Shown: positions 32,801 to 43,691 of the stretch, piece after piece
Layout: the number at the start of each line of letters is the position of its first letter
Position numbering within the stretch: position 1 is the stretch's first letter
Program-made: the position numbers and the translations under genes
Notes under the pieces: model-generated
The model's database searches: none
The model's input: only the letters and a program-made list of their open reading frames with translations
What the model was told of the DNA's origin: nothing
Assembly (NCBI GenBank): GCA_051546255.1
Contig: CP128818.1
Span: 186,001 to 250,000, forward strand
Direction of reading: 5' to 3'
Origin: Meyerozyma guilliermondii
Lineage: Eukaryota
DNA: 64,000 nucleotides

Positions 32801-33549
32801 CGTTGGAAAAAGTGGTCCATTTATTTGAAGAGCAATCGAGCAAATATGGCACTCCAATGAGTCCTTCTCCCTCAATTACTCTCAACCACGCCGATAAGCA
32901 AGAAGAGAACCGAACTAGTTCAATGCATCAGAATTTCCACGACATGCTTCATGAAAGTTCAAGTGAATTGATAACGGCTGGTCCGATTTTGTCACCACGA
33001 AATGTTGTTGGGGAAACTTCTGGAGGATATTTTGGAGGAGAACAAAGTTTACAACCGCATCAAGTGGTGCTTGAGTCGTCGTCCGATGGAAGAAACGTAC
33101 CCATTGACAATCTTACCGGACGGCCAGTTTTAATGAAATCGATTTCGCAAACCTCATTACATGCCAAAGAGCAAGAACAAGAAGAAGGAGAATTCCACCG
33201 TTTGGGATACTTCATGCAACGACATAGTAATGACGAAAAGAAAGAGAAACCCACCCTCAACGCCCTACCTTCTGGGTCTGAGCTTCGCGATGCTATTCTC
33301 ACTGCCAAGGGAATCGAATCGGTGACAGATTTGATAGACAACATTAATAACCAAAGAGTCAGCATCGATAAGATTTACGAAGTGAAAAAGAAGCCAGAAA
33401 AGAATGAAGAGGTAACCGAGGATCCAGACGAGATTGCATCGATCGACTCTGAAAAGTCGCAAGGAGCGGAAGTGAACGCTGTGGTGGATCAAGTCTACGA
33501 TCGACTTCTCAATGATGCCCAGAGAGTCAGATCCAACAAGCAGGAATAG
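29872..33549 (+). CDS. GIP3: Glc7-interacting LRR protein (Gip3/Her1/Mhp1 family)
   Basis: DVDWLFRGK, KRVNF (RVxF PP1 motif), DPQQQIPSRRPRKGNV, YTRCCHLREILPI, RNI-like LRRs; synteny with ISU1/MCP1. Confidence 0.75.
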   Translation: MTDPTSSTPSSTGNGGPSATITTGNQVPPDYDSGVTNGDVDWLFRGKSKKLTKKLNNANIDKERRSSVISRETESKDKTTLNSTKSTPVNEPIKENPAENDEKVEKNDQEISNSGSNLPEKTSKEANETTEKQTTPVVVPKSKLGRIRSSSTSLLGTLNPESSLPRRRGSTSSAASGSSVSSSCDTDESSATKPGSGGKTRSLFSSFSLKFKSSTPSLSTSPKNNIAPVSAHNSYSLTGMPSVSSTPSAKINTNLIGSLSTHDALASLTKDDRSRRSLVSRTESPSSSFEKEKGRFFRRRLSQSTLADRDTIRESVKPRVVLNKDPNRKPPPLPELSQLSTKRVNFAIDKLPNDPQQQIPSRRPRKGNVLIPEELTAPPPKLSQGISTMDGTKSTIKKPYSERELQLAIEAQKKALIESEKHGQEAYLAAKKIANEVAHFGRRMDGTTLVAESDDEEDDVMETSSTVENDIEIDKPLHVHENHFEPEEDAPDGQDEELSLETVYTRCCHLREILPIPATLKQLKNKSRPLQVLKLLNPKPTLIDVLSFSDFIAITPINTVIFDNVSMTTEMLKHFLSSLVYNKSLEKLSLRNVAIDDLGWKYLCDFLSRNQTVKKLDISQQKVKPDTPSNAIRSNMNWNLFIKSLVIRGGLEELVLNGCKLSDQQFTRLMKEAIVTSTRRLGLASVELNKYKAQLVSDWISQPDSLCMGVDVAFNDLSHGQLDPFINAFSKGNRNLRYFSLNSTKLNDVNEFSRLLEALIHIETLRFLDLSSLPDLFPGIIPRLNTYLPQFPNLKRIHFDLNELSAQAISAIADIIAKVDGLVHVSFLGNRNLEGEAMASLYSAVKVSKSLFTLDIDYDLVSDDFSQRLAFYLTRNMSRAMNVEYHLPTEEQEELMFDGSLLMETAERLLVENEKGIEKKEDLKLKKIVADALIERTEALRKDIHTTIDRLFEKRNNNQLSFEGKENLIRFCLLDASLEKVVHLFEEQSSKYGTPMSPSPSITLNHADKQEENRTSSMHQNFHDMLHESSSELITAGPILSPRNVVGETSGGYFGGEQSLQPHQVVLESSSDGRNVPIDNLTGRPVLMKSISQTSLHAKEQEQEEGEFHRLGYFMQRHSNDEKKEKPTLNALPSGSELRDAILTAKGIESVTDLIDNINNQRVSIDKIYEVKKKPEKNEEVTEDPDEIASIDSEKSQGAEVNAVVDQVYDRLLNDAQRVRSNKQE

Positions 33550-33667
33550 ACTACGGTCAAATCAATAGTGAAGAGTGGAGCTTCATCTTCTACATATTTA
33601 TAATAAAGCTTCCTTTATCCATTACTATATTAAAGCAATTAAGCTCTTTACGTCACAGATATAAAAC

Positions 33668-34561
33668 TTAGTTCTCAGCCTTGAAAGCAGCAATCTTCTT
33701 AGCAATCTTCTCGTCTCTCTCAGCCTTGGTCAACTTAGTTTGTCTGTATTTCTTGGACTCGGCAGCGTATTGCTCCTTGGTGAACTTCTTCTCAGTTGGC
33801 TTGAAAGATGGGTCAGCTCTGATCTTCTCGTGAGCCTCGGTGTAGATGTCCTCAACATCCTCAGCCTCAATCTCATCAGCAATGTAACCCTTGAACAAGG
33901 TTCTGAATTTCTCCTCATCGTCATCCATCAACTCCTCCATGTACTCAGAAACGTGACCACCGAAGATGTACTTTCTCAACAATTCGGCGTCCAATTCTTC
34001 ACCTTCGATATCCCAACCTGGGAATCTGTTAGGAGAGTGAGGAACGTACAAACCAGCATCACTGGCACCCTTCAATACACCGAAAACTCTGGCACCGGTG
34101 GTGGTTCTTTGCAAACCAATGTCAAGGAAAACCTTGAATGGTCTTGGAGCATCCTCGACAGCCTCGGTCAATTCAAACTCACCCTCAACTTCCTCAACAC
34201 CCTTGTAGGTCTCGTCCAAGCCCAATTTTTGCAAGGCTCTTCTACCAACCAACAAACCGACAGCGTAAGCAGCGGACCAGTTGGTCAAACCGTGGTTGAT
34301 ACCGTATCTTGGCAACTCGTGGGCGTAAGCACAAGTGAAAACAACATCACCAGTGATTTGAGAAGACACAATTTGAGCAATAATGTCCTTGTTGGTGAAA
34401 CGAACAACCAATCTGTACTTTGGGGTGTTGTACTTGTTCTTGGCTTGAGAAATCAATCTCTTTCTTTGGTAGTAGTCGGTCTTACCCTCCTGTCTTCTAC
34501 GGAAAGGAGTTTGGAATCTCGAGTGGTAAGCAGAGGACTTGACTTCTTTTTGGAACACCAT
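33668..34561 (-). CDS. RPL5: 60S ribosomal protein uL18/L5
   Basis: KSSAYHSRFQTPFRRRQEGKTDYYQRKRL; strong codon bias. Confidence 0.98.
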   Translation of the reverse strand: MVFQKEVKSSAYHSRFQTPFRRRQEGKTDYYQRKRLISQAKNKYNTPKYRLVVRFTNKDIIAQIVSSQITGDVVFTCAYAHELPRYGINHGLTNWSAAYAVGLLVGRRALQKLGLDETYKGVEEVEGEFELTEAVEDAPRPFKVFLDIGLQRTTTGARVFGVLKGASDAGLYVPHSPNRFPGWDIEGEELDAELLRKYIFGGHVSEYMEELMDDDEEKFRTLFKGYIADEIEAEDVEDIYTEAHEKIRADPSFKPTEKKFTKEQYAAESKKYRQTKLTKAERDEKIAKKIAAFKAEN

Positions 34562-34929
34562 TGTTGTAGTGAAGAAACTGAATGAAAATTTTGTAAGTAG
34601 TGAGAATAATTTTTCAGCGCGCACACGACAACCCGGCCTGAAATGTGCGGGGGTAAATATGGGTCCGATGCGATACAAACCCGGTGAAGGAAAGACGGCA
34701 AAGACGACGAAGACAGCAGAAGAATACGAAAAACGGAAAGGGAAGCACCCTTTATATAGGGTCTGCAAGTCAGTGCGACATATTTGCGCTTGCTCATCAT
34801 GCACATTTTGCAACCATGGTTGCCAAATCACGTAAGCGCGACAACTTATAAAGACTGATTCTCCCACAAAATAAGCGAGGAACTCTCCAATATGGTATAA
34901 CCTTCCAAGAGCTTGTTTCCTTCAGCAAT

Positions 34930-35012
34930 GGCTCTGTGGCCGAGTGGTTTAAGGCGGCAGACTCAAGTTCTGTTATCGTAAAGATGCACGCGTTCGAATC
35001 GCGTCGGAGTCA
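34930..35012 (+). tRNA. tRNA-Leu(CAA), intronless, long variable arm
   Basis: Acceptor GGCTCTG/CGGAGTC-A, A box TGGCCGAGTGG, anticodon arm GCAGA-CTCAAGT-TCTGT, T loop GTTCGAATC, downstream T run. Confidence 0.95.
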
Positions 35013-35098
35013 TTATTTTTTGCTTTTTGCCTGCATGGCAAATCAGATTAACGACATGCGAAAACCAAACTAGATTCAATTCCAACCAATCTATTCCA

Positions 35099-36352
35099 AT
35101 GGCGGTAATAAAGTCTTTACTTGATACGGATGTGTACAAGCTCTTTATGCATGCGGCTGTCTACAAGCATTACCCCGATACACCGGTCGTCTACAAATAC
35201 ACCAACCGATCACCAACTCTTGTGCTTTCAATTGAAGCTATTGAATGGCTCAAATCGGAAATTTCGTCCCTTAAACAGCTCAAATTTAGTGAGGAGGAGA
35301 TAGACTACTTGAAGAAGGAACTTCCTCAGTTTTCGGACGAGTATCTCACGTATTTAAAGACATTCAGTCTTGACCCTGATACCCAAGTTCGGTATCAAAA
35401 TGATAAAGAAAACTTGCAAGAATTTGCCATTGAGATGTATGGATCTTGGTCCGACACTATCTTGTACGAGATTCCCATTTTGGCTCTCGTTTCAGAGGCA
35501 TATTTTAAGTTTGTAGATACAGATTGGACACTTGATGGCCAATATGAACTCGCCAAAGATAAGGCGATACAATTGATCAAGAATGAATGCAGTTTCAGTG
35601 AGTTTGGAACCAGAAGACGAAGATCATTTGAAACCCACGACATTGTGATTGGTGCATTACATGACGTTGCCAAGCTGGATCAGGTTTCTGCCAAGTATAT
35701 TGCCGGCACTTCCAATGTCTACTTTGCCAAAAAATATGGCATGAAACCTATAGGAACAGTAGCGCACGAGTGGTTTATGGGAATCGGTGCCATCACCCAA
35801 GACTATATCAATGCCAACAAAATTGCTATGGACAAGTGGTTGGATACTTTTGGACCCCAGTACGCAGGCTTAGCATTGACCGATACATTTGGAACCGACC
35901 TGTTTTTGCGAGTATTCCTGAAACCATACACAGACTACTACGCTGGAGTCAGACAGGATTCTGGAGACCCCGAGGAGTACGCCGAGAAGATTGCCCAGCA
36001 TTACGGAAAATTGCTGTATGAGCCTTTCTCAAAGACTATTTGTTTCAGTGATTCACTCAACATAGAAAAGTGTCTTCAGTACAAAAGAACAGCCACGAAA
36101 CTCTCGTTGAAGACGACTTTTGGAATCGGGACCTTTTTCACCAACGATTTCAAGACTTCGCTGGGTGCAAAATCCACTCCACTCAATATTGTCATCAAGC
36201 TCTTTGCAGCCGCGAACAAACCAGCCATCAAAATTAGTGATAATCTCGGCAAAAATATGGGTGATGAGAATGTGGTTCGTGTAGTAAAGGAGCAATTGGG
36301 GTACCAAGAGAAATCGTGGGCTGGTGGCGACGAAGCACACCGGTGGAATTAG
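35099..36352 (+). CDS. NPT1: Nicotinate phosphoribosyltransferase
   Basis: [52 protein letters not shown]. Confidence 0.97.
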   Translation: MAVIKSLLDTDVYKLFMHAAVYKHYPDTPVVYKYTNRSPTLVLSIEAIEWLKSEISSLKQLKFSEEEIDYLKKELPQFSDEYLTYLKTFSLDPDTQVRYQNDKENLQEFAIEMYGSWSDTILYEIPILALVSEAYFKFVDTDWTLDGQYELAKDKAIQLIKNECSFSEFGTRRRRSFETHDIVIGALHDVAKLDQVSAKYIAGTSNVYFAKKYGMKPIGTVAHEWFMGIGAITQDYINANKIAMDKWLDTFGPQYAGLALTDTFGTDLFLRVFLKPYTDYYAGVRQDSGDPEEYAEKIAQHYGKLLYEPFSKTICFSDSLNIEKCLQYKRTATKLSLKTTFGIGTFFTNDFKTSLGAKSTPLNIVIKLFAAANKPAIKISDNLGKNMGDENVVRVVKEQLGYQEKSWAGGDEAHRWN

Positions 36353-36451
36353 GGACAAATTAGGGTCCACTATGGGATGTGGCCCATACGCTGGTGTATG
36401 GATGTGTTTTGGTTCATCTGGTGAATGGCTGCTTGATCAGGTCATCGTCAT

Positions 36452-39406
36452 ATGAGCCTTTCTTTAGATAGTCTTGTGAATGTACTAGGTGCCGCCAATG
36501 GCACCGACCGCGAGTCCTCTCAGCGTGCAGAGGCCCAGCTACAAGCGTGGGAAGCTGAGAAGGGATATTACTACCTCCTTCAGCTGGTTTACTTGGCTAC
36601 AAACTTGCCAATCCAGCTCCGATGGTTGGCAGTAATTTGTTTCAAAAACGGAGTTGAGCGCCATTGGCGCAGTGGAAGGCCCAACTCCATCGATAAGGAG
36701 GAGAAAGCGTCCATACGAAGCCGACTTTTTCTGTCGGTTGCTGAGAAAAATAACCAATTGGCTATTCAGAATGCCCATGCTGTGGCCCGAATAGTAAGGT
36801 TTGACTTCCCTGTCGAATGGCCGTCGCTTTTTGACGACGTGGCAAAGCAATTGGAGTCGTTTGTGTTTGAAAAAAACGACTCGGTTTCAACTTACAACTT
36901 GCTTGTGAGTCTCAACCAAATCATCAAAACCGTTTCGATGGTTAGAATTGGCCGTGCTCGTCACGCTATGCAGAGCAAAATGCCCATTGTCACACCCATA
37001 CTAATTCGTCTTTATATCAAGTTTTTCCAGGAATGGACTCGATCCAATAATGATATGGTTGATACCTCGGTGATGGAAATATGCTACATGTGCTTGAAAA
37101 ACTTGAGACGTATAATCCCCGAGGGCTATGAAAAACCTCATGAGAACCAGGAGGTTGCTGAGTTTGTTAAAATCACCATAGACCATTTGCAGTTTCTCGT
37201 TGTTCGCCATGAAGTTTTCGCATCGGACTCACTAGAAAGGTTTGTCAAATGCTACTGTAAAGTATACCTCAACTTGATCAACAGCAATCCCACCAGCTTC
37301 ATACTACTTCCATGTGCCCAGGAAATCTTGCAGTCGTTCATTTCGCTTCTTCGCCTGAAAGCAGAAGACGTATACAAGAGCAACGAGGAAAACGACTTTT
37401 GGGAAGTGATGGCTGTCAAGGGCATTTTAATTCTCAAGAAGATGATTGGGTACGTCTACAAGCGAGGTGCAGTGACATTGAAACAGAAAAGTGACAGAGA
37501 AGAAGTCAATAATGCCATAACTCGCATCTCTCAGCTGCTTCTTACTACACCCGTTATTCGCCAATTATGCGATCTTATTATAGACTGGTACCTTAGAATG
37601 AAACCAGCAGACCTTGAGAGCTGGCTCCTCGAGCCTGAAGAGTGGTGCAATGAGGAACTTTCGTCTTCTTACGAATTTCAGGTTCGTCCTTGCGCCGAGA
37701 ACTTTTTTCAAGATGTGATAAAGTATTTCAAAGATGAGCTTTCGGAGTTTATTTTGACAAAAATTTCCAGCGAACTAAGCAACAATGACGTTTTGATCAA
37801 AGATTCCATTCTCTGCACATTCCAGTTGTCGTCGGTCTCGATAGCAGATGCGGTTGATTTTGACCGCTTGTTGGTGGATGTATTTATTCCAGAAGCGTTG
37901 AAGAACGAACCGGCGGAAACGAGAATATTGAAAAGAAGAGTGTGCTTGATTATCAGAGAATGGGTTCCTGTAAAATGCTCGCCTCAAGGAAGAGTTGCCG
38001 TGTACGAATTACTCTTGAACCTTTTGGTCCCTGAAAATCCTGTTAACGATAAAGTAGTACGTCTCACGGCCATCCAGACGTTGAGAATAATCGTTGATGA
38101 TTGGGACTTTGTCAAGAAGGATTTCGAACCGTACTTGAACAGCTTTATAAAATCGGCAATTACTCTTTTGAGGGACCTTCTGTTGCCCGAATCGAAACTT
38201 TATGTCTTGAAGACGATGTCGGTATTGGTGGAACGGTGCAATCCGCACGTAGACAGCAATACTCTTGTTACATTGGCCGACATTGTGCCAGCTTACTGGA
38301 ACGAAACCTCCAACGACAACGAGTTAATTCTCAAGAACGCCTTGCTTAGACTTTTGAAAAGTCTTACTATTGCATTAAACCAAAATTCCTACATCACATA
38401 TAGCTTAAGCTTGCCGCTAATCAGTGTGTGTTGTGCCGAAAACTCAGAATTCTACGCATTGTTATCCGAAGATGGATACGAATTATGGCTTGCATTGATT
38501 CAATTTTACCCTGAAGCCAGCGAAGAGAAGAAGGATGAAGTTGTTCAGCTTTTTCCTCTAGTCAAATATGGTCTACTCAATGCCACAGAAATCATGCCTG
38601 TGATCATTTCCATCATGCGAGCATATGCGTTGTTGGCTCCAGAAGTGTTCAGCTCTGAAGTGGGACTCGATCTCTTCCGCATTCTTGGCGGCTACTTGCC
38701 CAACTTCCGAGACGACTCGTTTGCCATATTTGTCTCGTTGATGGATATTTTACTCATGAGCAAAAGTACCGACGAGCAGTTTATGAATGTGTTGATGAAC
38801 AGTGGTCTCTTCAACTCGATGGTGTCGTTTGTGCTAGACGAGAAACAGAGCATCCAGTCAATCAACAAAATAGTTTTGAATATGTCTCGAATTGCTCTCG
38901 GTTCGACAGACGTTTTCTTCAAGCTCATGGAACATATTTCTGTCGATTTGGTCAAGTTTATCGAAGTCTGGATCGGATACTTCAACAACAACGGCAATCC
39001 TCGTAACAAAAAGTTGAATCTTTTAGCACTTCTTGCGATTTTCACCACGGGAGTTTTGCGTCGTGAAGAATTCTTCATCCAGCAGTTTCCTCGAATCACC
39101 AAATTGGCGCTCTATTTCTTGGAGGAAGTCAACGAAACCGACGACGGCAACTGCGAAGCATACAACGAGCACACTTACGAAGATTTGGACCACTACTCCT
39201 ACTTGGATCCAGAAATAAAACCAAACGGTGAATCATTGAGGTTCCATAAACTTGAAGCCGGCGACCCAGCCCACACTCGTAATTTGAAACAGTGCTTGTT
39301 GGAGGTTTTCCGAGGACTCAAGAACAGCTTAAGTGAATCGGAATTCCAGCAATTGATATCCATGAGCGACGAATACTCCATGGAACGGTTGCAAACCCTC
39401 ATGTAA
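36452..39406 (+). CDS. KAP120: Karyopherin beta Kap120 (importin-11-like)
   Basis: IBN_N domain (AEAQLQAWE...RWLAVICFKNGVERHWR), RFDFPVEWPSLF, WLLEPEEW, HEAT repeats. Confidence 0.9.
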   Translation: MSLSLDSLVNVLGAANGTDRESSQRAEAQLQAWEAEKGYYYLLQLVYLATNLPIQLRWLAVICFKNGVERHWRSGRPNSIDKEEKASIRSRLFLSVAEKNNQLAIQNAHAVARIVRFDFPVEWPSLFDDVAKQLESFVFEKNDSVSTYNLLVSLNQIIKTVSMVRIGRARHAMQSKMPIVTPILIRLYIKFFQEWTRSNNDMVDTSVMEICYMCLKNLRRIIPEGYEKPHENQEVAEFVKITIDHLQFLVVRHEVFASDSLERFVKCYCKVYLNLINSNPTSFILLPCAQEILQSFISLLRLKAEDVYKSNEENDFWEVMAVKGILILKKMIGYVYKRGAVTLKQKSDREEVNNAITRISQLLLTTPVIRQLCDLIIDWYLRMKPADLESWLLEPEEWCNEELSSSYEFQVRPCAENFFQDVIKYFKDELSEFILTKISSELSNNDVLIKDSILCTFQLSSVSIADAVDFDRLLVDVFIPEALKNEPAETRILKRRVCLIIREWVPVKCSPQGRVAVYELLLNLLVPENPVNDKVVRLTAIQTLRIIVDDWDFVKKDFEPYLNSFIKSAITLLRDLLLPESKLYVLKTMSVLVERCNPHVDSNTLVTLADIVPAYWNETSNDNELILKNALLRLLKSLTIALNQNSYITYSLSLPLISVCCAENSEFYALLSEDGYELWLALIQFYPEASEEKKDEVVQLFPLVKYGLLNATEIMPVIISIMRAYALLAPEVFSSEVGLDLFRILGGYLPNFRDDSFAIFVSLMDILLMSKSTDEQFMNVLMNSGLFNSMVSFVLDEKQSIQSINKIVLNMSRIALGSTDVFFKLMEHISVDLVKFIEVWIGYFNNNGNPRNKKLNLLALLAIFTTGVLRREEFFIQQFPRITKLALYFLEEVNETDDGNCEAYNEHTYEDLDHYSYLDPEIKPNGESLRFHKLEAGDPAHTRNLKQCLLEVFRGLKNSLSESEFQQLISMSDEYSMERLQTLM

Positions 39407-39505
39407 ATTGCAGCTTTCGGCGTGCATATTAGCTAATAGACATACTGCATTCAAGCCGATCTGTTGTAGATGCGAAAATTGAACCGAAAGGTGAATCGAG
39501 GGAAC

Positions 39506-40261
39506 ATGGCCAGTATAATGCGAGGCTTTCTGGCAGGTTTGAGACCTTCAAGAAAATTTTTCCAGGTGTGTAGTGCACCTAGAACCGCAGGCTATACTCG
39601 GAATATCCACACATCGCTCAGACTTCACAATATTGACGAATATAGGAAGCGGTACGACCAAGCAAATTCCGCCCATGAAGCACAAATGAAGTATAGAAAT
39701 CGAACCTCGGCGTATTATGCGGCCTCTTTGGGCATTGTATTCTTGGCTTTAGGCTTCTCGGCGGTTCCCGTTTATCGGGCCGTCTGTAAGCGTACCGGAT
39801 GGGCAGGAACTCCCATCACCGACTCCACCAAATTTGGTCCAGAAAAAGTGGTTCCAGTTGACACGAATAAAAGAATAAGAATCCAATTTACCTGTCAGTC
39901 GTCAGGAGTTTTACCATGGAAGTTCACACCTCTTCAAAGGGAAGTTTATGTCGTGCCGGGAGAAACGGCATTGGCATTTTACCGGGCGAAAAATATGTCC
40001 AACGAAGACATTATTGGTATGGCAACTTATACAGTTACACCAGACCAAGTGGCCGGATACTTTAATAAGATCCAGTGCTTTTGTTTTGAGGAACAAAGAT
40101 TGAGCGCAGGAGAAGAAGTGGACATGCCAGTGTTCTTTTTCATTGACCCTGAATTTGCCAAAGATCCAGCAATGAGAAACATTGACGATGTAGTCTTGCA
40201 TTACTCATTTTTCAAAGCGGTGTATGCCGACGGTGAATTGCAACCGCTGCCCGTTGCATAG
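39506..40261 (+). CDS. COX11: Cytochrome c oxidase copper chaperone Cox11
   Basis: VPVYRAVC, PGETALAFY, YFNKIQCFCFEEQ, DMPVFFFIDP; start 39470 or 39506. Confidence 0.96.
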   Translation: MASIMRGFLAGLRPSRKFFQVCSAPRTAGYTRNIHTSLRLHNIDEYRKRYDQANSAHEAQMKYRNRTSAYYAASLGIVFLALGFSAVPVYRAVCKRTGWAGTPITDSTKFGPEKVVPVDTNKRIRIQFTCQSSGVLPWKFTPLQREVYVVPGETALAFYRAKNMSNEDIIGMATYTVTPDQVAGYFNKIQCFCFEEQRLSAGEEVDMPVFFFIDPEFAKDPAMRNIDDVVLHYSFFKAVYADGELQPLPVA

Positions 40262-40350
40262 TGTAAATAGACCTGTAAATAACCTCAAGTATACATTATA
40301 AATATCATATAGTACATTAAATAGTGTCCTCAGTGGCATTATTCATTATT

Positions 40351-41169
40351 TCAGTGTATGTCTACACTTCCCAACACGACCCAGTCACCCACATCTCCCT
40401 CACAATACACTAGTTTGAGCACACCTCCATCCCAGCCAAACCCATGGTCCCTCAAATTGTCACAGGACGGAATATTAAGAAAGTCCTGGATTCGGGTCTT
40501 GATGGTTCGCCAAAGTGCGTTATCTATGGGGTGTAATGAGCTGTAAACTAAGGACACATGTGGTTGAAATTCTTCTACGCTCCATTGAGCCGCCATTTCG
40601 GCCGCTTCCTGTTGTGCCAATTGTAAGTCAATTGGTTTGAGAGAACTTGTTTCGGAAGAGTTACGCTTCAGTTTCTTTGACAAGCTCCTTTTCACCGCCA
40701 CTCCATGAGAATCTACCGTGTACAATTGCGGGTTCAATTGCTGATTTTGTTTCTCCTTACACTGAGGTAATGCCACAAATAGTTCCCGTATTATTCTCGC
40801 AAAAGACACAAGGTTGGGGTCACGGTCCACCTCCAAGTAGAGCTTCTTGAATCGGTATCGCTGGCTGTTCAACTTGCCAAGAGTGACTAATTTTTCATGA
40901 TTTTGAGGCAAGCTTCGAAGAGCCACAGCACTGGCAGAAAGAATTTTGTCCACTTCCTCGCGGGTTTTCTCCTTGTCTTCCAAGTCGATGTCGATATTGG
41001 TGGTGATGGTGACGTGGGGTTCGAATCGGGGCGCTTGGCCAGGAAAAAGCGTGTTTAGCGAGCTGTTCAAAGTGGTCAATTTGTCGTAGAGAGGTGTCCC
41101 TTTTTTCGGACAAAGCCATAGTGTGACGCCAAGCCCAGTTATTATGGAATGACCGTTCTCCGACTTCAT
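40351..41169 (-). CDS. CPD1: 2',3'-cyclic nucleotide phosphodiesterase (2H family)
   Basis: FEPHVTI and FQPHVSLVYS 2H motifs; GVTLWLCP; adjacent to SOL gene as in S. cerevisiae. Confidence 0.9.
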   Translation of the reverse strand: MKSENGHSIITGLGVTLWLCPKKGTPLYDKLTTLNSSLNTLFPGQAPRFEPHVTITTNIDIDLEDKEKTREEVDKILSASAVALRSLPQNHEKLVTLGKLNSQRYRFKKLYLEVDRDPNLVSFARIIRELFVALPQCKEKQNQQLNPQLYTVDSHGVAVKRSLSKKLKRNSSETSSLKPIDLQLAQQEAAEMAAQWSVEEFQPHVSLVYSSLHPIDNALWRTIKTRIQDFLNIPSCDNLRDHGFGWDGGVLKLVYCEGDVGDWVVLGSVDIH

Positions 41170-41320
41170 TGCGACCCACAGACGTAGAAAAAAACAAGAG
41201 AAAGGGAACGGAAACCAGCGAGGAGAAGTAGAGTGTTAAGTATCGCACAATTTAGTCGCGGACAGCCTGGTGTACGGGTGCCCGGCCATGACCCACAAAA
41301 GGTTTCTTGTATTGACGTAA

Positions 41321-42076
41321 CTACAACTTGACGCCCTTGACGGCGGGCTCGTTGACAAACCAGACTACCTCGGGTCCGACGAGGTCGCTGACCAACTTTG
41401 AGGGCAAAGAAGTATCTCCTTCCTCAAAAATCTTTTTGAGTGTTGGAGCCTTACCTTCACCCTCGGCAATAAAAGCGAGAGAAGTAGCCTTTGCAAGTAA
41501 AGGGAAAGTCACAGAAATACGCCTGGGTGGAGGCTTGGGCGAGTCTCTAATGAGAGCTACCAACTTGGACTTTTCTTCAAGCAATGGGTGACCAGGAAAC
41601 AAGGAACAAGTGTGGCCATCGGGACCACATCCCAACAAGAGCAAATCGAGCTTTCCGTCCTTAGGTAACAACTCAGCGTACTTGTCAGCAATCTCTTGGT
41701 CCTTGGCTTCGTCAGCACCAGCCAATTCCCCTTCTTTGCCTGTCAAAAGTGAAACGTCGATTGGATGAACCACCACCTTGGGAACATGATCCAATACGTT
41801 TTGCTTCAATAAACCATAATTGGACTCCGGATGGTCCAAGGGAACGAGTCTCTCGTCACTGAAATACACTTCCCACTTGTCCCACTTGACCAAAGGGGCG
41901 ATTTGCTTATCGTCTACAAGTGCCTTCTTCAACACCTTGCCCATGGAACCTCCGGAAACAGCTATTCTGAAGACTCCAGACTCTGCAATTGCAATGTCCT
42001 GGTGCTTGATAACATGGTGGCCGACTCTGGCGGCCACATCCTCACTGGAAGTGTCTACTGAAACAACCGGTGCCAT
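41321..42076 (-). CDS. SOL3: 6-phosphogluconolactonase
   Basis: AVSGGS, YFSDERLVPLDHPESNYG, LLGCGPDGHTCSLFPGH, DSPKPPPRRIS. Confidence 0.93.
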   Translation of the reverse strand: MAPVVSVDTSSEDVAARVGHHVIKHQDIAIAESGVFRIAVSGGSMGKVLKKALVDDKQIAPLVKWDKWEVYFSDERLVPLDHPESNYGLLKQNVLDHVPKVVVHPIDVSLLTGKEGELAGADEAKDQEIADKYAELLPKDGKLDLLLLGCGPDGHTCSLFPGHPLLEEKSKLVALIRDSPKPPPRRISVTFPLLAKATSLAFIAEGEGKAPTLKKIFEEGDTSLPSKLVSDLVGPEVVWFVNEPAVKGVKL

Positions 42077-42265
42077 TAGAAGAGTTGCTGTGCGAAACAA
42101 GAGTGAGAAAGTGAGAAGTGAAAATGAGAAAGTGAGAAAATCAAGTTGGAAATTGAGAATGAGTGAAATTAAATGAGAAACCTTGCGCAAAACACACTTT
42201 GAGCTTTTCAGCTCAAAGTCTCAAGTACTTCAGCTCAATTTCATTTAGTTGTATTGTCTATAGTG

Positions 42266-43666
<1,401 letters not shown>

Positions 43667-43691
43667 TCAGCTCATCGCATCATTAATCATC

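Noticed and set aside
33740..34585. 281-aa antisense ORF over RPL5 (likewise over LSC2, ADE3, CPS1)
   Set aside because: Shadow ORFs caused by strong codon bias of the sense gene
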